Positions 1-12,659 are shown, numbered from the stretch's first letter. The stretch: DNA of 64,000 bases from Octopus bimaculoides (GCF_001194135.2 NC_068984.1:24449671-24513670), one strand, 5' to 3'. The notes: a model not told the origin generated them from the letters alone. Numbers and translations are program-made.

Positions 1-613
1 ATCATAAACTTATTACATACACATCAGGTGGGTTGATGCCAATTGTTGGCTACCTGACTACTTGGTGTGTAGGCGAGACAAGAGGTAACTTTGAGATATG
101 ATGATATTTGCCTGTATATCTCCCAAGCAAATACCTGTGTTTCCTTGAGATTCAAAGGTATTTGCATGGGAGGAAGTTGTTATACATCACCATTTAGGTG
201 TGTGTTACTTGAAAGTGAAAAATAGGAAGAAAGCTCTTGGCAGATGAAATACCAACCATAGCTGAAGATGTGGGTATTGAAAGAGTTGATTGTGAGGGAG
301 GCTCTGTGAGAGAAACTGTGTATGGTTGAGGATGGTATGGTTGAAACTGATTGGAAGCCACTGAAAGGTAGTTTGTTAGAAGCTACTGGTGATGCACAAA
401 TGAAGATAAATTACAAAGACAATTAGAAATGAGGTTATTGAATAATGAAAGTGGAGAGAGAATAGATGAGAAAAGGAAGAGGTTCAGAGAATGGCTGAGA
501 GTGAGGAGTATGGTAACCAAAGAAGCAGAACATGGAAGATACAAAGCAGCCAAGAGGCACATACAAAAACATTTAGAGATTGTATGGATTCAGAGGAGAA
601 TAGGAGTGTTTAA

Positions 614-891
614 CCCTTTTGTTACCATATTTCTGTTGAAATACACTGCCTTAGTTTCAATTGATTTTGAAAATAACAAAGAATTTATTAAAATAATTTT
701 ATCATTATTAACCTGTTCGTCCAACCCATGCTAGCATGGAAAGCGGATGTTAAACGATAATGATGAACCTGGTGTTTGGTACATAAATTAACAAGGAATT
801 TTGATGGAAGGTTTTAATTTAGTTTACTTTAAAGCAGGAAATGTGTATCATAGAACCAGGGGAAGTTTCAGGCAGCTTGGTATCCGAAGGG
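614..891. mobile_element. piggyBac-type MITE (non-autonomous)
   Basis: TTAA at 610-613 and 892-895 flanks CCCTTTTGTTACC...GGTATCCGAAGGG termini; it carries a nested RTE tail at 716-765. Confidence 0.7.
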
Positions 892-1649
892 TTAAGACTG
901 CAAAGCAATTAGCTGAAGAGAGATGTGATGTGACAGTAATGGCGTACAGCTGAGTACTCCATCACTAACAAATGCACTCCATCCTCTGTTCATAAAGAAC
1001 TGTTTTAACTGACTTTTCCACCACTTTTGAAAAGAATGGCCTCTGCTCCTCGAAGCACACTAGTCTTGTGTCTCCACCACTCAGGCAACTCCATCCCACT
1101 CACCTCTACACTTTTTGTCAACCTTAATGCATCCAAACACCCTTTTCTTGCCCCAATCCCTATGCCCAATCCTTCATTCCTAGAACATCATCGCTCTGGA
1201 ATTTCCTCCCTGCTTATGTCTTTCCTGCAAGTGTTGACCTGCAACAGTTTAAACAGAACATTAACAGTATTAATTTTACCAGTTTCATGAGTGCTGCCCT
1301 TCCCTCCTAACTTAGCAAGTGAAAAAAAGGAGATTTCACCAGAAGTGTCTAAGGTGTAGGTTAAACATCAGTTGAAAATCTTTTACACCTGAACACAGAA
1401 GTGCAGGAAAAAGCAGGTTGTCTCAGTGTGGAAGCTCACCTCATTAAGTACCATTTGTGATGGGTTGGTCATGTTATTAAGCTTTTGATTTCAGGCTTCC
1501 AAAGTGATTATTTTATGGCAAAGTAGTTCTATGTAAGCATCTAGAATGAGATTTTGTAATGCTACAATATACAATCTTAAATCGTTGAACATTTTCACTG
1601 TACATAGGGAACATGTTGCACTGAAAAGAAATAAATGGCAGCCTGTAAT

Positions 1650-2070
1650 ACTATAACTAGCAGTTTTCAGAAAATCCTGCTTTCCCATTAAATATTGAAA
1701 TGTAATATCAGAAAACTGCAGGATATCAAAGTTCTGCATGATAGAAAGTCAAGAGATAATCTCACCTGGTTGCATTACACTTTCAAAAAATGGACATGTC
1801 ATCCATGAAAGGTTACATATCAGGGGACCAGCAGAAGATGATTATATGTGTACAGTTATAACCACACTAATGGAACACAGCAGTCCCTTTTGTCTAAGTG
1901 ATGCTCATCTACTGATGAGCTGAAAATGCATTTTGGACAAATGCACAAGGGCAGAGCAGGACTACTGTTAGAGTGATATGTTGACCAAATTATTCACTAA
2001 ATTTGTTACAAAAAAATTTAAAACAAAATCGGGGTTGGTTAGTCATCTGAGACTCCATGGCAGAAATGCT
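1650..2070 (+). mobile_element. heavily decayed RTE-like LINE ORF C-terminal remnant
   Basis: Frameshifted W-GHVI..RL motif and KKFKTKSGLVSHLR, resembling the RTE C-terminal zinc-finger region; many stops. Confidence 0.35.
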
Positions 2071-5000
2071 ACCAAACCTGTTACAAGTATGCGTGAGCAA
2101 TGAGAAGGGAATTCTGCATGGAGTCAATGGTAATCATATATAAACATACATACACACACACAAACATATATTTTTTTAAACTAGAATTTACGGTATGCTT
2201 TCTTTAAATTTTCACTTTTAGTTTTGACTTTGTTAATTGAAGTAATTTAGGACATGCAGTATGATTTTTCCTTTAATAGAAATGAAAGGGCACAGTTGAG
2301 AAGAGTAATCGAAGACTGAACCCAAGTCGTAGACACAGACCAATATTCTACACCACACATCACCAACGAATCTCTATGTAGTCGCTCGACTGGCTAGAAA
2401 TAGCAGCGAGATCTGCCTTAAATCACACTCTACCTACTCACTTAAAAAAGCAAAACTCACTGGACGACTGAATAAAATATGAAATGGTCGCGACGAACAT
2501 ACCAACAATCTACGGAACTCACACATATTTATTATGCACAAAGAAACTGGCATTTTTTAATCTTTTTCTCTTTGTTGCAGTCATGTGAAACACAGAAAGA
2601 CGTCACAGAAATACAATATTTTCAAAACATTGTTAATATATTGAAATCCACGTTCGTGTGTGTGTATATATATAAAATAATAATTTACATGAGTTCAAGG
2701 CCACGCATTTTGCAGCGGAGCAGAGCTGACCGAATCGTCTTCAATGCAAGTGGTTATTCTAACAATTTTGGAAATGTAAAAAGTAAAGTCGACCTCGGCG
2801 GAATTTGAATTTTAAATCTATAACGTAGCTAAATACTTTGAAGCATTTGGTCTGGTGCTTTACAGTTATATACTCGAACCTACATGCACATAAACAAATA
2901 TGCACATACATTTTATTCAAGAATAGATACATGATTACACAACAGCTACCGATGAATACAAACCAAATCATAAATAAGGTAAATACACACAGGTATAGAC
3001 TTATAAATTAATAGAAATATTTTCAGTGTTTCAAATTCATTCCCTTTTAATTTATTACAAAGAAATTATAAACTTCGTCGTATAATTCAACTGTAGCTTT
3101 CTTTTCTTTCTTTTTTTTTTGTTATTTTTTTTTCTCTTAGTAAACAAGATTACATTCCAAATAACAATGGTCATGACACTTGAGAAATTTTTGTAGCTTT
3201 CTAGCAAAAACAAATGAATGAAGAATGCTGAATTATGTTAAGAACCTGTTTTATGGGGACAATACGCACATGCACATATATTTATTTTTTATATATACGA
3301 GTGTGTATTTATAAAATGTATATTATACACATAAACATGTACACAATAAATTGAAAATATATACATACATATAAACCGCATGTATAAACATCTCTCTCTC
3401 TCTCTCTCTCTCTCAATCTATCTATCCGTCTGTGTGGAACACAAAAGTCCTAATTTAATTGTCTTTGTCGCAACTTTCTTGCATTGCCTTTATTTTTTTC
3501 ATTTGTATTTGTACATGCATATATACAATATGTACAAACATGTTTCCATGTATGAATGTGTGTGTTTGCATGAAAATTAAACCCATTCTATGTCTAGTAA
3601 GTGTTCTTTTTTCTAACATACGAACCATCCCTGGACAATTATGTGTGTGCGTGCGTGTGTGTGTGCGTGCGTGCGTGTGTGTGTGTTTGTAACACGACTA
3701 TGTTCAGGTTTGGTCTTTTTTACGGAAGATTTTTCATATTTCCTTATCAGTGATCTATGTTTGGTTTGGAACAATAATGTTCCAAAATCCATTGGTCTGA
3801 CCTTTCAAGACTTTCACACTCATTTTCAAAATAAAGGTCCAAATAAGGAAGCACGAAAAAAATCCTTAATACAAATAATCAAACAAAGACACAGTCGTGT
3901 TTTTAATATAACTAGTTTGCAAGAAAAGCTGTTCCTGATACATACACACACACATTCTTTCTTTAAATTTTCTGTTTTAGTTAGTGCATGCAATGTTATT
4001 TTTCTTTAAACGGAAAAACAGTTCAAGCTAAGAACATTACCTCGGTTTTCCTGCAATTGTTTACCTCTCTTGCTTCTATATACGCTTTCGTAGTAAATTT
4101 TGCAGACAAACAAATACAAAATTTATATATATCTAACTCATTCAATAAATTAACCGCCGCACAACTTTACAAAGTCCTTGTCATGTTACACGGATATATG
4201 CATACACAGATCCACCCAGCTGTTGTTATATTTAATACAATGTAAGGTCGATTTCCCCCTTGTCTTTATATTTGTAATGTATATTTTGGAAGCATATCTG
4301 AGAAAACTCTGTGACAGTTTTAGATGACAGTATCTCTTCAGATGTATTAAGGAGGGTCTATGTGGCCTCGGAAAGTATTTCAGAATTGCATCGACAGTGG
4401 GTGGTTAACAACTAGAAAAACACCCAGACAATGCACAGAACGTGATATAAACAAATACGAAGACAGACAAACATTATTAGCTGGATAGGAAGACAAAAAT
4501 AGATAAATATGGAGTTAGATATAAACAACAGACAGACAGACATAGATAGATAGATAGAGATAGATAGAGATAAATAGATAGATAGAGATAGATAGATAGA
4601 TAGATAGATATGCAACAGCAAGAGTGATGGCAAATGCGACTGTTATTGATAGAATTAAGGGGTGGGTATTTGTAGATGTATATATTGATGTTGTTATCAT
4701 CGATGGTCATTTCGTTATTTCACTGTTTGCTGCGGTTTTTCATTGTTTATGTTGCAACTGAATGTTATCGATGTTTACAGCCGATCGTTAATAACGTTAG
4801 GGCTATCACCGCTATTTTTAGTTTTATCTTTTACAGCAATCGTTTATTGCTGCTGCTGCTGATGGTGGTGGTGGTGGTGGTAGTGGTAGTAGCTGTGTTA
4901 TCCGAGAAGCGTGTAAAGCTTTGCTTATTGTTGGAGTCGTACGTGTTGTTGTTGTTTTGCCCTAGGTCAATTGTGATCAAGTAGACCTAGAATGAAAAGC

Positions 5001-5296
5001 ATTCTGGCCTTGACTTTTTGTTGTCTTTTTAAGGGATATTTTCGACTATTACGACATTTCCTTTTCCAACAGAGTAAAGTATGGTTGGAGGTAGAACAGT
5101 CTTAAAAGCATTAAGTGTTCCGGCATAACCCTGTAGTTATGCCAGTGTTCCGCCCCAGGCAAAGCGATGTACTGGGGTACTACATATATAAACACAGAGT
5201 ACATAGATTAATATTGAGCCCCTAAACTCGTGACCTCCTGAGCAATTACTCAGTGTGGCCATACCTTAAGACAGCAATGGTATGAAGGAGAAATTA

Positions 5297-5441
5297 GGGT
5301 AAATTTTCAGATTAATACCGCACGATTACCTAACCCTAACCCTAAAACCCTAACCGTAACCCTAATCCTAACCCTAACCCTGACCCTAAAACCCTAACAC
5401 CCTAGTGAAAATCGTGCGGGTGTTAATCTGAAAATTTACCG
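5297..5441. mobile_element. short palindromic element with ~30-bp inverted arms enclosing degenerate (CCCTAA)n
   Basis: Arms 5298-5327 and 5410-5440 differ by 1 mismatch and 1 gap; telomere-like tract ~5329-5403; AAATTA direct repeat at 5291-5296 and 5442-5447. Confidence 0.65.
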
Positions 5442-5893
5442 AAATTATTTGCTGTTTCTAGCAATTCGGATGTAACGTAACAATGCTATTCAGTGAATGT
5501 TATTCTAAATACCAACATCGACATGCTACCCAGTATTTAACTGTTTATTGTTTCTTTCTTCTGTGTCTTGTCTAACACAACGTGGAAGTATGAAGATCAG
5601 CATACAGTTGTTTAGATCCAAGTCAGTCTTGGTCGAACAGACCTACGACGAAAGCCTTCCAGCTATGACTGCTCCACCTTTTTGTATAATTAAGATGACA
5701 TTATCTAATGTAACCCTCCTCTTTTTAAGACAGTACGGATACGATTTTAAAATATTTGGCTTCTATTTCTAGTTAGACAAGTGGCATAAGTGCGAAAAAG
5801 AAATCTGCTTAGTGGGTGCAGACCCACTAAGGTCCAAAATTTTTTACAAACAAGGTCGATCTTTACAATTTTAATATCAAAGCAAACACGGAT

Positions 5894-5894
<1 letters not shown>

Positions 5895-5940
<46 letters not shown>
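5895..5940 (+). repeat. (TAA)n microsatellite
   Basis: Perfect trinucleotide run. Confidence 0.95.
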
Positions 5941-5944
<4 letters not shown>

Positions 5945-6292
5945 GACTAAAACAATACCTGTTGTCATAGGTGCCCGAGGAATGATAGCAAAAGGGGCTG
6001 ATTCCTACCTAGCTCAGATACTAGGAACCCCCAAAATGGCAGAAATTCAAAAGATAGTGCTCATGGGAACTACCCATATCCTACGTAAAATATTGTCTAT
6101 GTAATCTCAAATTTTAAAACAAACTTGTAATTTTCTTATGTTTTCTTAAACATTCTCTAGAACAATACTATGTGCAAAACCAAATATGTGACACCTTAGG
6201 CATAACACCAACTTGAACTTGTTGTCTCTTGAGGTCTCTGGGGTGAGACTTGGGAGTCAACTTGTACAAATACAAAGCAAAAGTGAAACATA
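5941..6292 (+). mobile_element. 3' end of R4/Dong-like non-LTR retrotransposon (REL endonuclease C-terminus and 3' UTR)
   Basis: 5943-6104 translates KTKTIPVVIGARGMIAKGADSYLAQILGTPKMAEIQKIVLMGTTHILRKILSM*, matching the PVVIGALG...LQK..LLGT..ILRK.L end of R4-clade ORFs; (TAA)n on both sides. Confidence 0.75.
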
Positions 6293-6308
6293 TAATAATA
6301 ATAATAAT

Positions 6309-6866
6309 TTCATTTGCCACAAGGGCGAAGGACGAGGGGGACAACAAAGACAAAGTGTGGGGGACTTACATATAAAATGATTTTAAAAAAAGGAAAAAGA
6401 AAGTATACAGAGAAAAAGAAGGGACATATGCATAGCATACAAAGGCTTTAAAAAATGTGACAGAGGGGATGATAGAGATGTGGCCTTCTTGATACAGGAA
6501 GACCTCTAAGGATAATCGACGAACCCCACTGTCCGAGGTTTCCGTGAAACCTCAGGAGCAAGTGCCCTCTCCAATTCCTTCTCTCCGACTTACAGGTCTA
6601 CACTTAGAGAAGTACCATCCACACTTGCCATTTTCGCAACTTTTTACCCACCTTTCAAGAAACTCACTCGAGGACAGCACTTCCCTCTCCATTCTCAATT
6701 TCCTTTTCAAGTGAAACTCGAAGAAGTCAATGAGAGCTCTACCAAAGAGGAATGTATCTGTTCTCATGCCTTCCAGCCTTGTCCACCAAACAACCTCTTT
6801 CGCCACAGCCGCCAGGCAAAGGAAAACTGCCTTGCCTGCCCGATTGAAGGAGGGCAGCAGTACGAT
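6309..6866 (-). mobile_element. 3' end of L1/Tx1-like non-LTR retrotransposon
   Basis: Minus ORF segment LCLAAVAKEVVWWTR...FFEFHLKRKLRMEREVLSSSEFLERWVK resembles a Tx1/L1 ORF2 C-terminus; pyrimidine-rich 3' UTR ends GCCCTTGTGGCAAATGAAA(TTA)n; homologous to 54705-55048. Confidence 0.6.
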
Positions 6867-7129
6867 CATAATAATAATATAATTATTATTATCATAATTG
6901 TGGTTGTTCTTGTTGTTGTTGTACATAATCAAGTTAGATAAATCCAATAATGGAAAAGTAATGTTTCAAATCAGTCCAAAAATGTTTCTTCGCTCGTTCG
7001 ATTTGGCAATGAAGATTTTCAGGAGGATGTTCAAAGCGCTTTCATTGCCCCACAAAAATGTTAAGGGGTGCGTTTGCATCTACTACACCCCCTATTCTTG
7101 GGTCTATGTCCAGTAGCCGGATAGAAGCT

Positions 7130-7340
7130 TCCTCACAAGTTCATAGTTATAGTTGTTGCTTAGACTTAGACCATTCCTGACACAGGAGATTTATGATTAA
7201 AAGTATTCCAACCATAGCAATCCCGTCTTTTTCCTGTATGCAAGGAACCTTACACCACATTATCTAAAAGAGTCCTTTTCTAAGGCAGTAGGGTGTGATT
7301 TTAAGGAAATTTAGCTGCTCTTTCTAGTAAGTCGAGCGAC
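7130..7340 (-). mobile_element. SINE/LINE 3' tail family (CTGCTAGAAATAGCAGCCAAATC...AACAACAAC type), representative copy
   Basis: Recurs at about 2350-2480, 5560-5765, 8290-8460, 8510-8710, 23035-23220, 38380-38510 and 63130-63360. Confidence 0.6.
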
Positions 7341-7400
7341 CTATTATTGGTAGTAGTTATAGTTTTAGTAATGTTGTTGTAATCTTTGTTAATACTACCA

Positions 7401-7585
7401 AGGTGACAAGCTGGTAGAATCGTCTGGTTTTACGTTCTGAGTTCAAATTCCGCCGAGGTCGACTTAGCTTTTCAGTCTTTCGGGGTCAATAAATTAAATG
7501 CCAGTTAAGTATTGGGGTCGATGTAATCGACTGGTCTCCTTCCCCCAAATTACGGGCCTTGTACTTATAACAAAAAAGATGATTA
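7401..7585 (+). mobile_element. tRNA-derived SINE family B (GGTGGTGAGCTGGCAGAATCGTTAG head; GCCTTTCATCCTTTCGGGGTCGATAAA core)
   Basis: B-box-like GAGTTCAAATTCC; homologous copies at about 2700-2830, 44925-45125, 49330-49498, 52415-52740, 55726-56690 and 62120-62515. Confidence 0.75.
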
Positions 7586-9711
7586 ATAATAGCTTGGGAG
7601 TAGACAGTCTTCATTCTTCGTTACCATATTTACTCAAGTACTATGCGACATCGAATGCGATGCGATCCTCACTTTTTATACCTAAAATTCAGCTATATAC
7701 ACGTGTTTGAGAATAAAGCCTTAGTTGAGTACAGAGTGTAGTACGAAATTAAATACATAACAAGGAAATTATACAATGAACTTCATCAGCTAACCTGTTT
7801 CTGCTACAAGGTGAACAAGCACTCAGCTCTGAATGCATTACATGTTATAGCAGAAACAGTTGCAAGCCAAAGAAGTTCACTGCATAACGTGTGTGTGTGT
7901 GTGTGTGTGTGTGTGGTCGATCTAACTGTTAAAAATAGCAGGCAAGTATCCTTCAAGTCGTTCTTTGTCTTACATAATGAAAGGACATACTGAATATTGC
8001 AATCCTTCACAAAACTCCAAAACAAAAAAGACGAGATGGTCACTCTTGGAATGCTTTGATCAAATCAGGACTGATTTGAGGCTGAATAATATTTAGATCC
8101 GATCAACCCCGTGTAAGCAAACTTAGGATCAAAAATATCCCAGTCATGACCACTGCACTTTGTACAGCCAGTACTAACTATACTGTTCAGTATGTGATTT
8201 AGCTGCCATTTCTTGCAAATTGAGCGAATACATGAGAGATTCGTTCACTTGACAAACAACGAATGTTGTGGGGTTAGTTTTTATTTTAACTCCATGCCAA
8301 TTCTGATTGAGCAGACCTATGATCAAAAGCACTCTAACATTGACCATCCAGTTTTAGGTTTTCGAGACAGTAGACTGTATTATCTAAAGTGGTCTTTTTT
8401 TTACACGGGCAGTGGGGCATGATTTGAGGAAGATTTATCTGCTATTTCGAGCGACCGCTAAGAACACCCCGACACAGATGCACACATGTTAACCAATACT
8501 TTTATTGTTTTTGTCGTTTAGCCTATGTTCCTCCAGACCGAGCAAGCTATGATCAAAAGCGTTCCAGCCGTAACCATGTTATCATTTTTCTGATACAGAG
8601 AACCAAGTACCACGTCATGCAATGTTCTTTTCTAAAACAAATTAGTTTGATGAGGGTGATTCGGTTACTATTTCTAGCAGGTCAAACGACCGCTTAGAGG
8701 TTCCCTCACTCTCTTGTCACCACTGTTGGGTGTCTGTGTCAGAATTACGTTATTGCTATTGTTCTGGTTTTATACAATTGCTATTTCCAATTTGCTTGGG
8801 TTATTATTTTTTGTTTGTTTATGCCTTATGTTTTTTTTTTTTACTATTGCTCTTATAAACATGTTTTTTCTTTCCTAAATATCATAATTGTTCTTATCAA
8901 TATGGTTCATGATATTGATGACGATAATGATTGTGCGTTTTTACTAAAGATGGACAGGTTAGATTTATCGTCTTTTGTTTGAGTTCTGATGCAAATAATT
9001 GGATAAGCTAAAAATATCATAACAAACTTTCAGAGTTACCTTAGCTACAATCGAAAACGAACCAGTTTATTGATAAACAAAACTGAATCTAAGAAACAGC
9101 AAATAAACACACAAACCCTTGAAAGCATCGCCAAAGAAAATTTAAAAGAAAAAAACAACTTTTTTCCCTCCCCAAAAGTTGATTACTAAATAGAAACAGC
9201 AATGACCCATCACAACACTCATTCTGTTATTCGCAACAATTTCTACGAGAGAACGAGGAACGATGTCGGCAGTAATCAGCAATTATAAATATTGACATGA
9301 GGTGGAATGAATGTTACGTGAGAGGTGAAAAAGTATGGTAGTCTATAAGTATTCAAATATATTGGCTGTTTTAAAACTATAGACACAAAAGCATACACAC
9401 ACACACACGCCTGCACATATTTACAGTATACTTACATCCATCATCATTTAACGTCGACTATTCCGTGTTTATTTTAGGCAGATTTTCTACAGCTGAATGC
9501 CCTTCCTAAAGCCAACCCTCACCTGTTTCCAAGCAAGGTAATAACAAACATATTCTCGCAGAATATAGGAAATGAATGACGTTGCTGATATGTCAGAGAC
9601 ACTCACTGTACAACTGTCATGCAATGTCAAGACAAGAAGACACAAACATACATTCACACACACACACGTGTATGTATATATGTGTGTGTATATATATATA
9701 TATATACACAA

Positions 9712-9798
<87 letters not shown>

Positions 9799-10290
9799 TA
9801 CAGTAGAACCTCAGCTTTCAAACAACTCTGATCACGAATAAATCATACTCTATCTCTTGTCTTTCTCATATTCATTTAATACACTAGTACCTTGGTTTAT
9901 GAATGCCTCAGATCATGAACAAATCGTGATTTATATATATCTATATCTATCAATATATATATATATACACAAAGCACAATTTATTCGCGATCAGAATTGT
10001 TCGAAAACCAAGGTGCTACTGTATATATATGCAGAAATTGCAAAGATAATCTGGATCTCGACTGAGGAAAGAAAACTCTGAATGACCCGTCCTTGTTTTC
10101 TTTGTATCGCCTATCTGGAGGTTTTGTTGTCCCTTTCTTGTATCACCTAACTGTCTGGATGTTTTGCGTTCTTGTCCCATTTTGTATTATTTATCAAAAT
10201 AAGCAGATTTTAATCACCTTATTTTGAAATTGTATGGATAATACCATACTTAATTCTGGTGACTAAACTTAAGTACTATATTTACCTTGA

Positions 10291-10326
<36 letters not shown>

Positions 10327-10507
10327 AACATATATGGCAGGCTTCTTTCAATTTCCATCTACTAAATCCACTCCCAAGGTTTAGTTTGGGCTGGGACTAT
10401 TGTAGAAGTACCCAACCCTGTAGAAATACCCAACCCATGCCAGCATGGAAGACAGATGTTCAATGATGATGATGATGATAGACACACACAAATATACATG
10501 TATGTGG

Positions 10508-10558
<51 letters not shown>

Positions 10559-10566
10559 TCATATAT

Positions 10567-10905
10567 CAATGGTTCTCAATCTGGGCCCCTTTGGCCCCTT
10601 GGGGTCCATATAAGAATTTCAGGGGTCCACATAAGCAAAATAGTAAACTGGATCCACAGTAGTATTTTAAGGCTCTATGAAAAAATGTTGATTTAGATGC
10701 ATATATAGCACGAAACAGCTAGGTTTCTTTCTCTGGTGTTTTACATAGCTCAACTTATACATGTGAATGCATCATAAACAAAATAGGAATTTTAAAGGTA
10801 TCATCTATTAAACTAGTTTTTAAACAACAAATGGCTATTGGGGTCCACCAGAATAAAATAGTAATCAAAGGGATCCATAGATAAAAAAATGGTTGAGAAC
10901 CACTG
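10567..10905. mobile_element. hAT (Charlie-like) MITE
   Basis: Terminal inverted repeats CAATGGTTCTCAATC and GGTTGAGAACCACTG match the CAGTGGTTCTCAA hAT TIR type; no clean TSD. Confidence 0.7.
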
Positions 10906-11290
10906 ATTATATATACGTTTACAGAGAATGACAGACAAGGATCTAAGTTGAATGAGTAACTTTTGACAACCACTATTCAATAAAGTGATCAACACATAAC
11001 AATTATTAAACAATTTGTACTGATTAAAATTACAGAAACATAGAGAAGGGGTATAACTTTGATTAGTTAATTTTTGTTGAAAATATACCGTAAATGTATT
11101 GCAACTAGGACTCATTCCTGACATAAAGAAATATATCAAAAAGATTTACTTTATAAAACCTAAAAACCAATCCAGGTTTTAATTTTTACACTCAAACAGC
11201 TGATAAGCACTGTTACATTTCTACCAACCTTATATTTTCTGCATCTTTTAACTAAATGAATGATGCAGTTGTTAAGTGGAAACAAGCTAA

Positions 11291-11334
<44 letters not shown>

Positions 11335-11456
11335 CCAAGCCAACATGGCAGTCCGAAAATTAGGACGAAAGCTGCCGTGAATTAGCTCCAAGAAGCCATC
11401 GCCTCTAGCTAGCTATGTGACACACGAAACCTGTGTCCTTTATAACCTATATATAT

Positions 11457-11553
11457 NNNNNNNNNNNNNNNNNNNNNNNNNNNNNNNNNNNNNNNNNNNN
11501 NNNNNNNNNNNNNNNNNNNNNNNNNNNNNNNNNNNNNNNNNNNNNNNNNNNNN
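11457..11553. other. assembly gap (N run)
   Basis: N run; other gaps at 20671-21041, 29513-29691, 34176-34220, 43908-43944, 53045-53348 and 60050-60865. Six of seven abut (TA)n or (CA)n. Confidence 1.
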
Positions 11554-11601
<48 letters not shown>

Positions 11602-11754
11602 GAATTTGAAATTTGAAATCGAAATCGAACCGAATCCAACGACTGGCACCCATGCCAACCTCTCCTTCATTGGACACTAAACTCTGCTTGAGACTAACAC
11701 ATTTCAATAACCATTAAATAATCACACACACTTTTTCCATTTTATTTTCATTAT

Positions 11755-12344
11755 TTACCGTCCTCGCGACCCCCTTCTTATTGATAACGGGGTCACAAAC
11801 TATATGATGAAAATCCAGAGTTACTCATGGTCGGTGAATTTTCAATAAGAATGCGAAGGTGGTGTATCAATTCAAAAATCGATATCCACGAAATAATCAT
11901 ACTATTTGATTTTTTAATGCTAAAAACCTTCCTGACAACCATCTTTGTAATCCCCAAAAATATCATAACCTTTGGTCCAGCCATCTGGCCATGAAGAGGG
12001 AACAGACAGACATAATGCCTATTATAGTAAGATAGCAAATCTGCCCATCTATGATGGGAAATAAAAGGACAGTATCGCAAATCTAATAAACCCTCCTAAA
12101 TTCACAAACTCTACAGAGTGGGGAATCCAGAGTTAATCCTCATCGCCAGAATTTTAACAAAAAAATCAAAGGTAATTTATTAATACAAATTCAATATCCA
12201 CTAAATAATCATCCTTTTTCACATTTTTTTCACTAAAAATCTTCCTGATTATCTCCTGCATAATCCTGAAAACCGTTGTGATCATTGGTCCAGCCATTTG
12301 ACCATGAAGAGGGAACAGACAGACAATACCTATTATAGTAAGAT
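11755..12344 (+). mobile_element. Helentron-associated (HINE/DINE-1-like) non-autonomous element, two tandem units
   Basis: Units 11811-12033 and 12124-12344 each end TGGTCCAGCCAT..GGCCATGAAGAGGGAACAGACAGAC...CCTATTATAGTAAGAT, a DINE-like 3' end; GACCCC/GGGGTC hairpin near the 5' end. Confidence 0.55.
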
Positions 12345-12659
12345 GTAAGCATGGGAGCAAATGATTCAGATGGAGTAAGAGATTTGACTGGACTTTATAT
12401 ATATTTCATAAACTTAAAAGCTTTCAGTCTTTAGGGGAGAATTAGTAACTCTAACTGCAACCCTAGCACCATGGGTACAAAAGAGCTCTAGTAAGAGTAG
12501 AAGCTTCAATATATCCTTAGAAGCTAATATTAAGTCATTAGTAGTGTTGATTTTATAGATATAACTTTGAATTTGATTTATGGCTTCTACTACCCTTAAA
12601 GATATCCCAATGCATTTTTAAATTATATTAATGAATTTTGTGGCTCCTCTAGATTCATA

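Noticed and set aside
5329-5403. True telomere or chromosome-fusion site
   Set aside because: The tract is short, degenerate, single-orientation and enclosed by inverted arms; there is no head-to-head TTAGGG/CCCTAA junction.
10055-10095. CTGAGGA...hammerhead-like motif
   Set aside because: GAAT replaces GAAA and no stem I pairing is possible around the GTC.
11344-11379. GTCC-GAAAATTA-GGAC-GAAA resembling hammerhead stem II
   Set aside because: No CTGANGA upstream; it is simply nested inside a CATGGCAG/CTGCCGTG hairpin.
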